A DNA stretch of 60,727 nt from an uncultured Elusimicrobiaceae bacterium (GCA_964631475.1 CAZVWK010000003.1:1-60727), one strand, 5' to 3'. Shown: positions 45,209 to 60,200, counted from the stretch's first letter. Translations and numbers: made by a program. The notes: a model not told the origin generated them from the sequence alone.

Positions 45209-48200
45209 ATGACCCCGGCCAGCCGGAAAAAACGCGCCGCCCTCGCGGCAGCCCTGCGCGGCTGCCTCGCGACCGGGCTTTTCCTCCTGCCGGAGCCGGC
45301 CGCCGCCCAGGCCATACCCTGGGGCAATACGCATACCGGCAAGAACGTGCGCATACATGTCTCGATGAATGGCGTCGGCGACGGCTCGGCCATAAGCTTC
45401 ACGGCACCCAAGGACGGCAAGATCGCCGAGATACAGATAGTCGGCTCACGCGACGTGGACGGCTCGTTCATCCTCGGCCTCAGCGAGACGCTTACCTCGG
45501 ATTTCAATGTCTGGCTGGATTCCGCCTCATATACGCTCAATACGGCGGGCGACGGCGTCTTCTGGGCCGGTTCCAATATGCCGGACCTGCCGGACGTTGT
45601 CGGCGGCCGGCTCTACTATATAATCGCAATGCGCAATACCGGCGCCGACACCGAGAACGGCGTTGTCTGTTTCGAGGATAATCCCACCATCGCCTTCGAC
45701 AATAGCGGTAACCCGGTGGAAGACGTCAACCTCGGCGCCTTCGCCAATGAGAACGGCTTGGCCTGGGGCGGCATCACCGGCGCCCCCATCTTCCTCGTCC
45801 GCTATACCGACGGCACCTGGTACGGCCAGCCCTATGTCAGGGCGCCCAATAACGCCTCCACCACCGGCTACGATACCGTCTTGGCCGGCGCGCCGATACT
45901 CAGCGTCCCGGTCTACTCCAACACCAACCTCGTCGCCCAGCGCTTCACGCCCGGCGCCTCCGATATAGGCGTCACCGGCTTCGGCCTCTATATGCAGCGT
46001 GTGGGCAGTCCCGCCGGCGACCTTTTCGCGCGGCTGCACAATGTCACCGATAATATGGTGGTCGTCGATACCGTTTCCGTGACGAACGCGGCCTCGGTCC
46101 CCCTAAGCCCGGCCGCCGGCTGGCTGGACGTGGTCTTCCCCGGAGTGAGACTGCAGGCCGGCAAGAACTACCGGCTCTCCTTCTTCTCGCCGGCGGCCAA
46201 CGCCAGCAATTATTACCGCCCGATAGTTCACGATGTGAGGAACAGCGGCGCCCCATACGAGAACGTCAGCTTCGGCGGCACCGGAGCCTGGTACGAGACC
46301 AGCGCCAATAACGGTGCCAGCTGGAACCTGCCGGCCATCGGCGGAGACGTGGCTTTCCGCCTGCTCAGGGACGTCAACCCGCCCACGGTGACGCTGCTGC
46401 AGCCTCAGCATAATACCTGGCGCAAAACGTTGCCGCAGATAACCGGCACGGCGGTGGACGACTACTACATCCCCGCCGGAGGCGTGAAACTCTTCCTGAT
46501 AGACGATATCGCGGGCAAACGCTGGAACGGGACGGACTGGAACACCGACTATTTCACCGGCGACGAAAATACGCCCGCGCTATGGGTCTCCGCCGGCGCG
46601 CAGTCCGCCGCGCCCGGCGCCATAGTGAACTGGACATACGATATCTCCTGGCAGCACGACAGGCGCTATACCATCTACGCCAGAGCTATGGACCGGGCCG
46701 GCAACTATTCGGCCGGCTGGTCCACCACAACATTTCATTACGACAATTATCAGCCGGCGCCGGAGCGGCCCGATTCGCTGGTCACCACACCATCTCCCGG
46801 CTCCTATGTAAGCCAGATGACGGCCCTCGTCGGCACGTCTTATGACAACCTGCGCGGCGGCATAAACCTGGTCAAGTGGCTGCTCTGGCGTCAGTCGGAC
46901 GGTAATTACTGGAACACCTCTGTCTGGACGCCAGGCCCGCTGCCCGCTGCCGACGCCTGGTACAATTCCAATATCTTCCCCGCCGGCGGCGTCAGCGTGA
47001 CCTGGCAGCCGGACCCGGCCACCCTGCCGCTGGCGGCGGATATGCTGGCCGGCGATATCTACCACATTTCCGCGCGCGCCCAGGACCGGGTCGTGGACGC
47101 CGCCGGCGCCCCGGCCCCCAACTTGGAGGTAGACAGGTCCACCATAACCTTTTACTGGGACGATATTCCTCCAACCTCGTCGATCACGCTGCCGCTTGAT
47201 GGCGGCGTGGTAGGCCAGACCCCTGTTTTTTACGGCACCTATTACGACCAGCACGCGGGCATCGGCCCGTCCATCGGCGGCACGGTCAAGATTAAACTCT
47301 ATGATAAGACCATGAACCTGTGGTACTACACGGGCGACTGGCGCAGCGCCGCGCCGACCAACGACCAGCTGCCCTCGGCCCAGGTCTGGGCTTCCTCCTG
47401 GACCTTCGCCACCCCGCCTCTGACGGGCGGACATCAGTACCTGGTCGTCAGCGTGGCGCAGGACCGCGCCACGCCCGGAAATTACCAGACTTCTTTCGCC
47501 GAAGGAACCTCCTCCAACACTTTCGTCTGCGACAACGAGAACCCTTCCGCCGGCATAACCACGCCTTCCCATAACCATCACAATATCATGGCCCAGCTGG
47601 CAGGCACGGCTTCAGACAGCCCCCAGGCTTCCCAGATAAACCGCGTGGAGTTCGAGCTCGTCTACCCGGCGGGTTCCCCGGCCTGGGCCTGGGACGGCGC
47701 GGCGGGTATCTGGCGCGCCTCCTCCGGGAATTTCAGCACCTACAACGTGGTTATGGGGGGATATCCCGCCTGGACTTACGATGTGCCGGGCGGCATAAAC
47801 TGGCAGCAGGATACCCTCTACAGGCTGCGCGTCCGCTCGGTGGACAATATCGGCAACAAGAGCCAGAATTTCGTCGACGGCCTGACCGAGCGCACTTTCT
47901 ACTACGACGTGTCCAACCCCACTTCCACCGTCACTACGGCGGTGCAGGCCGGCCAGCCTGTCCCGCTGCTGGCCGGGACGAGCAATTATCTGCGCGACAT
48001 AAGCCTGGTCTACGGCACGGCCGCGGACTGGCCGGCCGTCGGCAGCGAGCTGAGCGCCGTCTCCGTCTTCATCAGGAAGATGGACGACCCGGCCGTCAAC
48101 TATTACTGGTACGAGCCGGGCAAATGCTGGAGGACGGGCGGCACCGTATACGCCAATAATTACGAGACCCGGGTGGGCGGCTGGCAGTACGACACTTTCG

Positions 48201-51200
48201 CGCAGGGCGTTTCCTGGTCCACCGGCACCAGGTGCGACAACGGCGCCGCCGCCTGGAACAACGGCGGCACTTTCGAGATACGGACCGAAGCCCGGGACAG
48301 CGCCTATCCCGGCAATAACCCGCTGCCTTACGGCAACCGGGAAAAAGGCGGCACCTACGACAGCCTGGGCCGCGCCGTCGTGGTCTACGATCCGAAAAGA
48401 CCTTTCTCCCGGCTTTCCAATATCCCGGGGACCAATTACACCAACAGCCTGCCGACTCTTTACGGCACGGCCTCCGACAACGACGCGGGAGTCGTCACCT
48501 ACTCGCCCGGCATAAGTTCGGTGAAAGTGCATATCTACAAGCAGGGCCCGCCGCCGGTGCAGACCTACAACGGCACGGCCTGGGTGGACGGCGAGCAGAT
48601 GGACGACGCCTACTGGCTGAACGCGACCTATACGCCTTATTTCGCGGGGGCTTCGTCCGGCACCTGGTCCTACACTGTCGGCAACGATAAATGGCAGCAC
48701 GGCACCACCTACCGTATAGTGCCCAAGACCTACGACCTCGCGGGCAATTACGACGCGGTCCTGGCCACCAGGACTTTCGTTTACGACGTTTACCAGGCCC
48801 CTCCTTCCGAGGCCCCGCGCAGCGAGATCTCTTACCCCGTGGACGATTTCCACACCAATAACTGGAGCGACCTGGTCACCGTGACCGGCACGGCCCATGA
48901 CAATCCTCCGATAGGCAAGGTCCATAAACTCAAACTGATACTCAAGCGCATACAGGGGAATACTACCTCCTACTGGAACGGCGTGACCTGGGCCGACGGC
49001 GACGTGCCCTCCGATACGACGGCCTGGCCCGAGGGCGATCCCGCCGACGGGGCCTACAATACCTCGGAAGAGGCTTTCATCTGCGGAGCCGGCGCGACGG
49101 CCTGTGTGGTGCCCGACGGAGCCACGGTCTGGACGCCCGACCTGAAATACTACCTCTACGCCGAGACGCAGGACCAGGCGGGCAACTATGAGCGGGAGCG
49201 CACCACTCATACCTTCGTCTACGAGGTGCAGGCCCCCACGGTGACCATTACCTACCCGCAGACGGATCTGTATGTTTCCCAGACCGGCAGGGTCGCCGGC
49301 ACAGCGGCCGATAACTGGCCGGGCCGGGTCAATCACGTCGAGGTGCGCATAAGGCGCGACGACGGCTATTACTGGAGGGCCTCGGACGATACCTGGACCC
49401 AGGACGGCGCGCCCGAGGTCTGGAACAATATCGTGTCGCAGGGCACGCTGAGCCCCTCCGGCACCTGGTGGCAGCTCAACGATACCCCCTGGGAAACGAA
49501 CAGGACATACGGCGTCAACGCGCGCGTACGCGACAAGGCCGGCAACTGGGGTCTCGTCTACAGCACCGCTTCCAATGTCGCGGCCGACTTTACCACGCCA
49601 ACTTCCACCGTCACCTACCCGGCGCACGGCGCCAACCTGCAGGAGGAGGTCACGATCATCTCCGGTTCGGCCTCGGACGCGGCGCCCGGCCAGGTGGACA
49701 AAGTCCTGGTCTCCTTCTACTGCAATAACGATATCTGCCAGGGCAATTACTGGAACCCCGTGGCGTCGGCCTGGAATTCCGCGTCGGAGATATTCAGCGA
49801 GGCGACCCTGCTGACCGGCAACAGGTGGCAGATAGCGGCCCCTATATGGGCCAATTCCACCGGCGAAGTGGAATACCAGGTCTTCGCAAAGGCGGTGGAC
49901 AAGGCGGGCGGGGAAGTCCCCAAACCCGGCGCCACCGGCGACGGCCCCTGGATAACTTTCTACCTGACAACTCCCGGGCCCAGTTCCGGGATCACTACGC
50001 CGAACGACGAAACTCCGCATTGGAACCCGTCGGTGGCCCCGGCGCTGGCCGGTACGGCCAACTTCGCCAACTCGGTGGCCCTGAGGCTTGTCGATCACGG
50101 CTCTGACAACCTGCTGGGCACCGGCGACGACCTTGCCTGGGACGGCGATTCCTGGGAGCCGGCCGGCGCCTATACCGGCTATTTCCCGGTAACCGTCTTC
50201 AATGCCCCCAACTGGCAGTGGTCGATGGCGGCCGGCAACTGGAACCCGGACCGCAAATACCGCGTCCGCTCCAAGGCCACGGGCGCGACCGAAGAGGTCC
50301 CGGGCCTGGGCGTTGACTTCGTGCTGGACGCGGACGATCCTTCAGCGGCCATTACCCTGCCGACGGCCGACTACGTCCGGTCCGTGCCGCTGCTGGCCGG
50401 CAACGCCTCGGACGCGGCGCCCGGCGTAGTACAGGAAGTCTATTTCAGGGTAAGGCGGCAGGAATCGTCCCAGTTCTGGAACTGGAACGCCGCCACTTTC
50501 ACCGCGCTGAGCGGCGCCGACACCAACCTGACGGCTTACCTGGACGCGGGCGTTTACAAGTACGACATGCCGTCCGAGGCCTTCGAGACCGACAAGGGCT
50601 ATATCGCCCAGCTCGTCGTGAAGGATAAGGCCGGCAACCTGACCCAGGCCACCGACAGGCCTTTTGCCATAGACAAGTCCTCGCCCGTGGCCAGGCTACT
50701 GCTGCCCTACGACGCCAATGACAAGGGCGTCCGTTCGATACCGGCCATCTCGGGTACCGCAGCCGATACGCAGAAAAATAGCTCGGTGCAGATAGCCATA
50801 CAGAAATGGGTCGGCGCCACACTGGTCTGGTACGACGGGTCCGGTTTCACCTCGCTGCAGGAGGAGCCTTACTGGATTCCCGTCACGCCCCTCAACGGCT
50901 TCCTGTCGCCGGATGCCACCTCCTGGGCCTACGCCCCGGCCGGCCTCAACGATAATTTCGAGGGAGGGTATCGCTATCTGATACTCACCCGCGCCGTGGA
51001 CACGGCCGGAAATACGCAGGAATCATTCTCGGTGGGCGTTTCCTCCCGGGTCGTGAAAGTGGACAAGGCGCCGCCTTCCTCGCTGTTCATCGCGCCGCTG
51101 GACAACGGCGACGGGGTCAGCGGGCGGTACAAGCCGTCCGCCATAGGCCAGTTCCCCGCCAATCACCTGCGCGGCACGGCCTCAGACAACCCTTCCAACC

Positions 51201-54200
51201 TGGCGGCCGGGCTGCAGACGGCGCAGATACGGCTCTCTTACCTGCTCGCGGGCGACACCTATTACTGGACCGGCGCCTCCTTCAGCTCCGGAGCCGTGGC
51301 CGAGGCCGCGGCCTGGCGCAACGCCTCCATAACCGGCTCGGCCCCGATCTGGAACTGGGACTATACCACCAGCGTGGTCTGGCCCGCCGGGGACAGGGAG
51401 TACCTAGCCGAGGCGCGCGGCATGGACGACTCGCGGCTCTCCGACGACGGCGGCGACGGCAACTGGGAGCAGGCCCCCTATGTCAGCCGCGGGTTCATAG
51501 TCGACAATACCCCGCCTGAAGTCCTCATCACCTCGCCCGTGGCTGCGGCGGTCAGGACGATGAGCATCATACGCGGCACGGCGGAAGCCGGCCTGGCGGG
51601 CCACAAGTGGACCGAGCTGAAGCTCTCCACCTCCGGAGTGGACGGCACCCGCTACTGGACCGGTTCGGATTGGACGCCGGCGGAGACCTGGATAACGACG
51701 GTTAAGGAGGGCCCGACTTCCTGGTATTACACCGTCCCTCCCGCTCTGCTCTCCGACGGCAGGGACTATACGGCCGTCGCGCGGGCGCTCGATTTCGCCG
51801 ATAACTACTCCTCAGTTTACTCCACCTACGTCTTCACCTATGACACCGTGCCGCCGTATGTCGCCGTCTCGTTCCCGCTCAACGACGCGCCTTACTCGCA
51901 AATAAGGCTTTCCACGCCGGTGGCCGGCTCCTCGCATCAGAACGACCAGGCCTCGGCCCGGGCCAAGGTCAGCACGGTGGCGGTGCAGATAGCCGACCTG
52001 GACGCTCCCGGCGGGCCTTTCTGTTTCGACGGCGCCCTCTTCGGCGCCTGCCCCAGCTGGCACCCGGCGCAGGGGACCGTCGACTCCTGGACCTGGAACA
52101 GCGCCGCCCTGGCTTTCGTCAACGACAGGCGCTACCAGTTCACCGCCAAGGCCGTCGACTTCGCCGGCAATGAGTCGGCGGCGGCGCAGGTCTTCATCCG
52201 CTACGACGTGGAGCGGCCCACGTCCACCATAACCCAGCCGCTGGCCGGCTATACCACGGGCTTCACCCAGATACGCGGCACCGCCAGCGACGAACGGGAC
52301 GGCCCCCGGAGCTACGAGGCGAGGCTGTCCAGCTATACCGTGAAGGTCGCTCTCAAGCGGCTCACGGCGCCGGCCGGCTGGTGGAACCCGGCCACCGACG
52401 ATTTCAGCGACGCCAACCCGCTCTGGTTCGAGGCCTATACCAGCACCTCGGCCACCCCCAACCAGTTCACCTACAACCTGACGGGTCCCATGCTATCTTA
52501 CCTGGCCAACCCGTCCAACCAGAACGTCACCTACCGCATAGTGCCGTGGGCCTTCGACCGGGCGCTCAACAGGGAGTACGGCCCTTCTGCGGCCGAGCCG
52601 CAGGACGGCGATATCCCGGCGGACGTGGGGATAACCGTCATCTACGACAACGAGAAGCCGGTCACTTCCATAACGCTGCCAAATGCCGCGGCCCATAATA
52701 CGCTGCCGAACATAACCGGCACCGCCGACGATAATATTCGCGTAAATTCCGTGCGCTTCACGGTCTACAACCAGAGCCAGAGCAAGTACTACGACCCGTC
52801 GCAGAACCCCCCGTGGGTCATCGACGTGGAGAACAACGCCCCGTGGGTCCTTGCCCAGAGCACCATCTATCAGACCTCGGCGGCCTGGACCTACAATATC
52901 CAGAATTCCAGCTGGACCAGCGGCGTGCGCTACCGCGTGCGGGCCAGGGCCACGGACCTCGCCGGCAACCTGGACGTCGTCTACAGCACTTCTACCTTCC
53001 AGTTCGACAATAATGCCCCGGTCTCCAGCGTGACCTACCCGGCCAACGGCCAGCACCTCAGCGCCGCCGCCCTGCCGGTGACCATAACCGGCACCAGCTT
53101 CGACTTCCCCGTAGGCGACCAGAGCGGCGTCAGCCAGATCGGTATGTACCTGCAGCGCGCCTCAGACCTGGCCTACTGGTCCGGCAGCGGCTGGGAGCCG
53201 CTCGAGCAGGTGCTGCTGGCCAACCCCGTCGGAGATTACTCCTCCTGGAACAGGGGGGTGGAAGGCGGCATGTTCACCGGCAATGACGGGGAGCGCTTCC
53301 ACATCCACCTCAACGCCCGCGACGCGGCGACGAACCAGGAGGGCTACTCGGTCAAATCCACCTTCGTCTACGACATCGGCAGGCCCACCGGGACCATCTC
53401 CTACCCCTTTGACAACGGCTACATAAGCCAGACGGGCCGGATAACCGGCGGCTCCTATGACAAGCCCAACGGCGCGGTCAGCGACGTGCGCGTGCGCATA
53501 AGGCAGACCGCCGGGCCGAACGCCGGCCGCTACTGGCGCGTCTCGGACGGCAGCTGGACCATAGACGGCGCGCCGGAAGTCTGGAACAGCGCGGCGCAGT
53601 ACGGGACCCTGAGCCCGGCGGGCACCTGGTGGCAGCTCAATACCGCGCCCTGGCAGAGCGGCGAGACCTACGAGGTGGACGCCTATGCGCTGGACATGGC
53701 GGGCAACTACCAGCTGCCTTTCTCCACGGCGACGAACGTAAAGGCCGACTTTACGGCGCCGTCTTCGACGGTCACTTATCCGGCTCACGCCTCGGTTGTG
53801 GAATCCGAACTGACCGTCATCTCCGGCTCCGCCTCGGACCCGGCGCCCGGCGTACTGGACAAGGTGCGGGTCTCCTACTACAAGGTGGACACGGCCAGGT
53901 GGTGGGATTTCGGCGCGCAGGCCTGGAGCGCGACCTCTGAGCAATTCACCGAGGCGGCCCTGCTGGCCGGCAATCGCTGGGAGGCCACCGGCGTCTCTAC
54001 GCCGACCTGGATCGCCACGCTGGCCGGTCTCGATTACCGCATTTTCGCCAGGGCCGTGGACCAGGCCGGCAACGAGGTGGCCAAGCCCGGCGCCCCGGCC
54101 GCCGACTCCTCTTTCATACAGTTCACGCTGCGGCCTCCGCCGCCGGAGTCTACCATAACGACCCCCGACGACACCGTGCCGCATCTGCGGACTTCGCCGG

Positions 54201-57200
54201 CCCCGACCATCATCGGCACGGCCATATACTCCACCACGGTGCAGCTCAGGATAGTCGACTACGGCGCGGACCTCGCCGAAGGTCTCGGCAACGACGACCT
54301 GGCCTGGAACGGCTCGGCCTGGGTGTCAACCACGGCCTTCGCCGGCTATATCGGCGTGAACAGTTTCGCCTCTCCCAACTGGCAGTGGACCATGGCGGGG
54401 GGGAACTGGAACAATAACCGCCGCTACCGGGTGCGTTCCATGTCCGCCCACGAGGTGGACGGCACCAGCGAGGCGCCGGCCCCCGGCCGCGAGTTCATAA
54501 TAGACGATACTCCGCCTTCCGCCGCGGTCACCGCCCCGGACAGGGCCTATCTGCCGCGCCTCCAGGAACTGCGCGGCTCGGTCTCAGACGTGTCTCCCGG
54601 CCTGCTGCAGTCCGGCTATTTCCGTGTCACGCGCCAGGGGGCGGCCCAGTTCTGGGACTGGCGCCTGTCCACTTTCACGGCCGCCGGCGCGGACATAAAC
54701 CTCCCGGCGTCCATCCTGGCCGGCATCGCCTCCTATACGACCGACTATTTCCAGACGGGCCAGGCGTGGGAGGCCGACCGGACTTACGAGGTTCAGCTTT
54801 TCGCCTCGGACCGGGCCGGCAACCTGGGCTCCTCACCGGTCGCGACTTTTACAGTAGACCGCAGTTCGCCGGCGGCCCGCATCCTCGTGCCGCGCGACGC
54901 CAACGGCAAAGGCATCCGCTCGATAGCCTCGATCAGCGGCACCGCCGCCGACAACTGGGGCAACGCCAATATAGAGGTGGCCGTGCAGCAGTGGGGCAGC
55001 CCGCGGCTCTGGTTCAACGGCACGGATTTCCTGGAGCCCGGCGAAACACCCTACTTCATACCGCTGGACGCCAACGGCACGCTCTCGCAGTACGCCACCT
55101 CCTGGGCCTACGCTCCCGCGGTCCTGGACACGCGCTTTACCGCCGGGACCACCGGCCTGCGCTACCTGGTGCTGGCGCGGGCCACGGATATAGCGGGCAA
55201 TATCCAGGACCAATACGCCGTCGGTTTCTCTTCGGTCATCATCTCCATCGACAAGAGGCCTCCATCCTCGCTCATCGCTTTTCCGGCCGACCACCAAGAC
55301 GGCGTGAGCGGACGCTATAAGCCGTCCAATGCCGGCAAGGCGGGCACCGGGACCCGCTTTTTAGGCTCCGCTTCCGACAATTTCTACAGCGAGCGCAATG
55401 CCGGCGTGTCGGCCGCCAGGATACGGCTCTCCCATCTGCTCGCCGGCGATACCTGGTACTGGCTGGGCGCGTCGTTCAGTTCCGGCACGCTGGCCGAGGC
55501 GGGCGCCTGGCAGCCGGTCAGCGTCAGCGCCAATCCCCCGGACTGGGACTGGGTCTACCTGCCCGACGTGGAGTGGCCGGCGGGCGACAGGGAGTACAGG
55601 CTGGAATCCATGGCGATGGACGACTCGCGGCTCTCCGACGACGGCGGCGACGGCAACTGGGAGAGCGCCTGGACCAGGGGCGCCAACCTCAGGCAGTTCA
55701 TCATCGACGATACCCCGCCGGCCGTGCTGATAACTTCGCCGACTTTCGACGCCTCGGGCGCGCTGGCCGAGATACGCGGCACCGCCGACGCCGACATCGC
55801 CGGCTTCAAGCGTACTGAAATAAAGATTTCCACCAGCGGCGTGGACGGCGCCCGCTACTGGACCGGCGCCGGCTGGTCGCCTTCGGAGACCTGGATAAAC
55901 TCCGACAAACAGGGGCCGGCCTCCTGGTACTATACGGTGCCCGGCGCCATGCTCAGTGACGATACGGTCTACACGGCCGTGACCCGCGCCGTGGACTACG
56001 CCGATAATTTTTCCTCGGTCTATTCGACGAAGACCTTCACTTACGACGTCACCCCGCCGCTGGTCTCGATGTCGCACCCTGAGAACGCCGCCACCTATTC
56101 GCGCATCTCCCTCTCCACCCCGATAGCCGGCGCCACCGCCAATACGCAGTCCTCGCCTTTCACCGGCGCCAGCGCGGTCGCCGTCGCGATCAGCGAGATA
56201 GACGGCGCCGGCGGTTACTCCGCCTGTTTCGACGGCAACGCCTTCGCGGGCTGTCCCTCGCCGGTCTGGCTGCCGGCGCAGGGTACGCCGGCCAGCTGGA
56301 CCTTCAACGACGCGGACCTGTCCTTCCTGAGCGACAGGCGCTACAAGTACGAGGCCCGGGCGACGGACATAGCGGGCAACCAGTCCGCCCCCGCGTACGT
56401 TATAACAAAGTTCGACCTGGATATCCCGACCTCGACCGTGGTCTCCCCTTCCGCCGAATATGTCAGGACTCTCACGCTGATATCCGGCACCGCCTCCGAC
56501 GAGCGCTACGGCGCCCGCACTTACGAAGCCGGCCTGGGCACCTACACGGTCAAGGTCGCCGTCCGGCTGGTGGGAGGCGACTGGTGGAACGGCGTCGACG
56601 CTTTCAATTCGGCCAATCCGCTCTGGTACGAAGCCTCGGTGGACACCGCGCCCTACGGCGCCGGCCAGCCGGTGCTGAACTGGACCTACGCCGTGCCGGC
56701 CAGCATGCAGGGCGTCATCTCCGGCCTGGGCAGGAAAGATTACCTGGCCGTGCCCTGGGCCTATGACCTGGCGCTCAACCGCGAATTCGGCCCGGGCGGC
56801 GCCGAGCCTTCCAACGCCGACATCCCGGCCGGCGTCGGCCGCGTCATACGCTACGACAATATCATCCCCGTGGCGGAGTCCACCGCCCCGGCCGACGGCG
56901 GCTACTACAACAGCGTCGCCGCCCTCTACGGAGTCGCCTACGACACCGGCTCGGTGACCGGCGTGCAGGTGCTCTTCAAGGCGAGGGGGTCGTTCAACGC
57001 GACCTGGCGCGGCACCTATAACAACGACACCTCCGACTGGGACGACACGGCGTCCAAGTACACGCGCTGGAGCACCGCCACCTTCAACAACGGCGCCTGG
57101 ACCATAGCGCTGCCTTCGCTGATGCCGGTCAACAATAACCGCTTCTCAGTCTGGGCGCGGGCCATAGACGCGGCCGGCAACTGGCAGCTAAGCCCCTCCC

Positions 57201-60200
57201 CGGCCCAGATAGACGCCAACCTGAAGGCGGACGGCTCTCCCGCCCATGTCTTCACTTTCGACCGCACCATCCCGGTCACGGGCGTCACGGCCCCGTCCAG
57301 CTACGCGCTGGCCGTCTCCACCGGCCTCATCACCGGCACTTCGTTCGACGCGGGCACCGAGCCCTCGGGCGTCAGCGAGGTGCGCCTGCGCTTCCGCCGT
57401 TCCGACAACTCTTGGTGGAGTTTTATAGACAATAACTGGACCAGCGCCACCCAGTCCGACACCTTCGGCGTGGACGGCTCCGACCCTTGGTCCAAACCGA
57501 TAAACCAGGCTTCGCAGGAGGACGGCTACCGCTACGATATCTACCACTTCGCCAAGGACCGCGCGGGCAACAATGAGTCGGGCGCCTCTTTCTCCACCTT
57601 CACTTTCATCACCGACTATACCGCGCCTTCGTCCAGCATCACCTTCCCGGCCAATAACAGCTTCATCGGCGCGGTCACCAGCCTCTCCGGCACCGCGGAC
57701 GACAGCGCGGAGAACCTGCGCGGCTGGTCCGGCGCCCGCGGCTTTGAGTCCGGCGTGTCCGCCGGAGGCGTGGCGGTCGCTCTCCAGCGCCTGACCGACA
57801 ACTACTGGTGGAACGGGACCAATAACTTCGTGTCCGGCGCCATGCAGTGGCATGCGGCCGCCTTCGACGGCGCGTCTTCCGGCACCTGGACCTACGCCCT
57901 GCCGGCCGGGGCCATAGCCGACGGCACCACGTACTACGCGATGAGCCGGGTGACGGACATCGCGGGCAACATAAAGACGCAGTGGACGACCAACTACTTC
58001 ACCGGCGACACGACCCCGCCCGATTCCAGGGCCACCGGGCCCATGGGAACGCAGTCCGTAGTCAACACCATCTCGGGCACCGCGCAGGATACACCTCCGG
58101 GCGAGCTTAGGCCGACGGGGACCATCATGGTGGCGCTGCGGCAGATTTCGCCCGTAGTGAACTGCTTCAACGGCTCCGGTTTCGTCGCTTGCCCGGCCGG
58201 CGTCTATCCGGACGACCGCGTCTGGATCGCCACCGGCACAACCGGAAACCCGGCCGGGCAGCCCGCGGCCTGGACCTGGGACACCTCGCTGATAAACTGG
58301 GCCAATAACGCCGACTACGACGTGCAGGCGCTGGCGGTGGACCGCGCCGGCAACACCCGTCCCCAGCCCGGGGCCTCCTCGCCCGACCTGACATTCAGGT
58401 TCGTCAGCCCGGCGGCGGACACGGTCATTACGCAGCCCGCGACCGAGTTCGGCAATTACCGCGCGGGAGACGTGCTGTCGATGCTGGGCACCGGCGTCAA
58501 CCTGCGCGCCTCCAACAGCGTGGAGATACGGGTAAAGCGGCTGAAGGAGCCGGCCAGCTGGTGGTTCGAGCCCTCGGTGCACTGGGTGAACAGCGACACC
58601 TTTACCTATGTCGGCCACACCGCCGGCTCCTGGTCCATGGGCCTCAGCGGCTCGTCGGCCTTCAACGTGGACAATGCCAGCTACACCCTGTCGGCGGTGG
58701 GCTATAACGCCGCCAATGAGGCGGAAGTCCCGCCGACCAACAGGACGATAATAATAGACAATACCGTCCCGCTGGCGGTCATCCAGTCGCCGTCATACCA
58801 GTACATCAGGACCATGCCGGCCATAAGCGGCACCGCGGCCGATCCCGGACGCGGCGAACTGCCGTCCGATTACCGCGAGGGGATGAGCCATGTCCGAGTC
58901 ATTATCAAGGACCTTTTCGCCGGCACCTACTGGAGCGGTTCCTCTTTCGGGTCATTTGGCCCGCAGAGCGAACTTCCCGTCAACGGCGTGCTGAACTGGT
59001 CCACCTCCACCCACGTGACCCCGGCGCTGCTCGACGGGCGCAACTACCGCGTCTTCGCCAAGGCTTACGACAAGGCCGGCAACCGCGACGACAACGAGGG
59101 CTCGATGCCCGGCTTCGGCGTGGTCTTCGACACCGCCCCGCCGAACTCGTTCGTCGCCTACCCGGCGCATATGCAGGTGCTGCGCTCCCTCTCGCCGCTG
59201 GCCGGCACCGCCGAGGATCCGGCCGGGGCCAATCCGCCCAATCTGAAATCCGACCTAGGGCGGGTCGCGGTGCAGCTCTACGACGAGGCCGGCGTGAAAT
59301 GGTGGCATCACGGCGCCGGCGCCTTCTCGGTGCTCAGTTCCAGCTTCAACATAACCTCAGGCACCGATACATGGTCCTATACGCACCCGAACCTGGAGGC
59401 CTCGCTGGAGTCGGGCAAGTACTACATACTGAGCTCCAGCGCGGTGGACCGCGCCGGCAATCCCCAGGCCGCGGTGGTCAACGAGGTGTCCTCCCTCACC
59501 TTCGTCTGGGACAGGACGGCCCCCGAGGCCTTCTTCGCCGTGCCGGTCGAGGGCGGGCGCTACCGCCCGTCGGTTCTCACCGGCGTCAATGCGCTCAACG
59601 GTACCGCCTCGGACGCGCCGCTGCCGGGCATTACGGACCAGCTCAATAAGGCGCAGATAAACCTGAGTTATCTGCACTCCGGCGACACCTATTACTGGAC
59701 CGGCGCGGCCTTCAGTTCCTGGACAGTGACCTTCGACGGGGCCTGGCAGGACGTGGTCGGGGCCGCTTCGTGGAACTATCCTTTCGACGGCGCGAAATGG
59801 GTGTCCGACAGGGAGTACACGCTGCTGGTACGGGCCTTCGACAAGGCCGAGCCCATGGGCGCCAACGGCGGCAACGAGAGCGCCTGGGCGCAGGTGAAGT
59901 TCGTGGTGGACGGCACTCCCCCGGTCTCCCGGGTTTCCACGCCCACCGCCGGCAGCTACATCCAGGCTTCGCTCTCCGAAATATCCGGCACTTCCTTCGG
60001 CGGCCTGTCGGGCCTGCAGTCCGGGGCGTCGGGCCTGCGGTTGCGCGCCTACTACACCCAGGGCGTGAACACCTGGTACTGGCGCGGCACCGCCGCCCTA
60101 GGCTGGTCGCTGAACTCCCCGGTGGATCTGCCAGTGGATTTCACGGCCTCCGCCTCAACCGTAACCTGGAGCTACCCGCCGGTGGGATGGGAGCCGCCGG

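Noticed and set aside
46580-58618. Series of minus-strand ORFs (46580-47581, 47612-50098 at 828 aa, 53162-54184, 55361-56077, 57188-58618) and short plus-strand ORFs listed inside 45.2-60.7 kb.
   Set aside because: All overlap the single uninterrupted frame-2 ORF starting at 45209, which has a signal peptide, genome-typical codon usage and a recurring domain signature. The listed ORFs are Arg/Gly/Pro/Val-rich shadows. The similarity between 51404-51604 and part of 55361-56077 simply mirrors the super-repeat.
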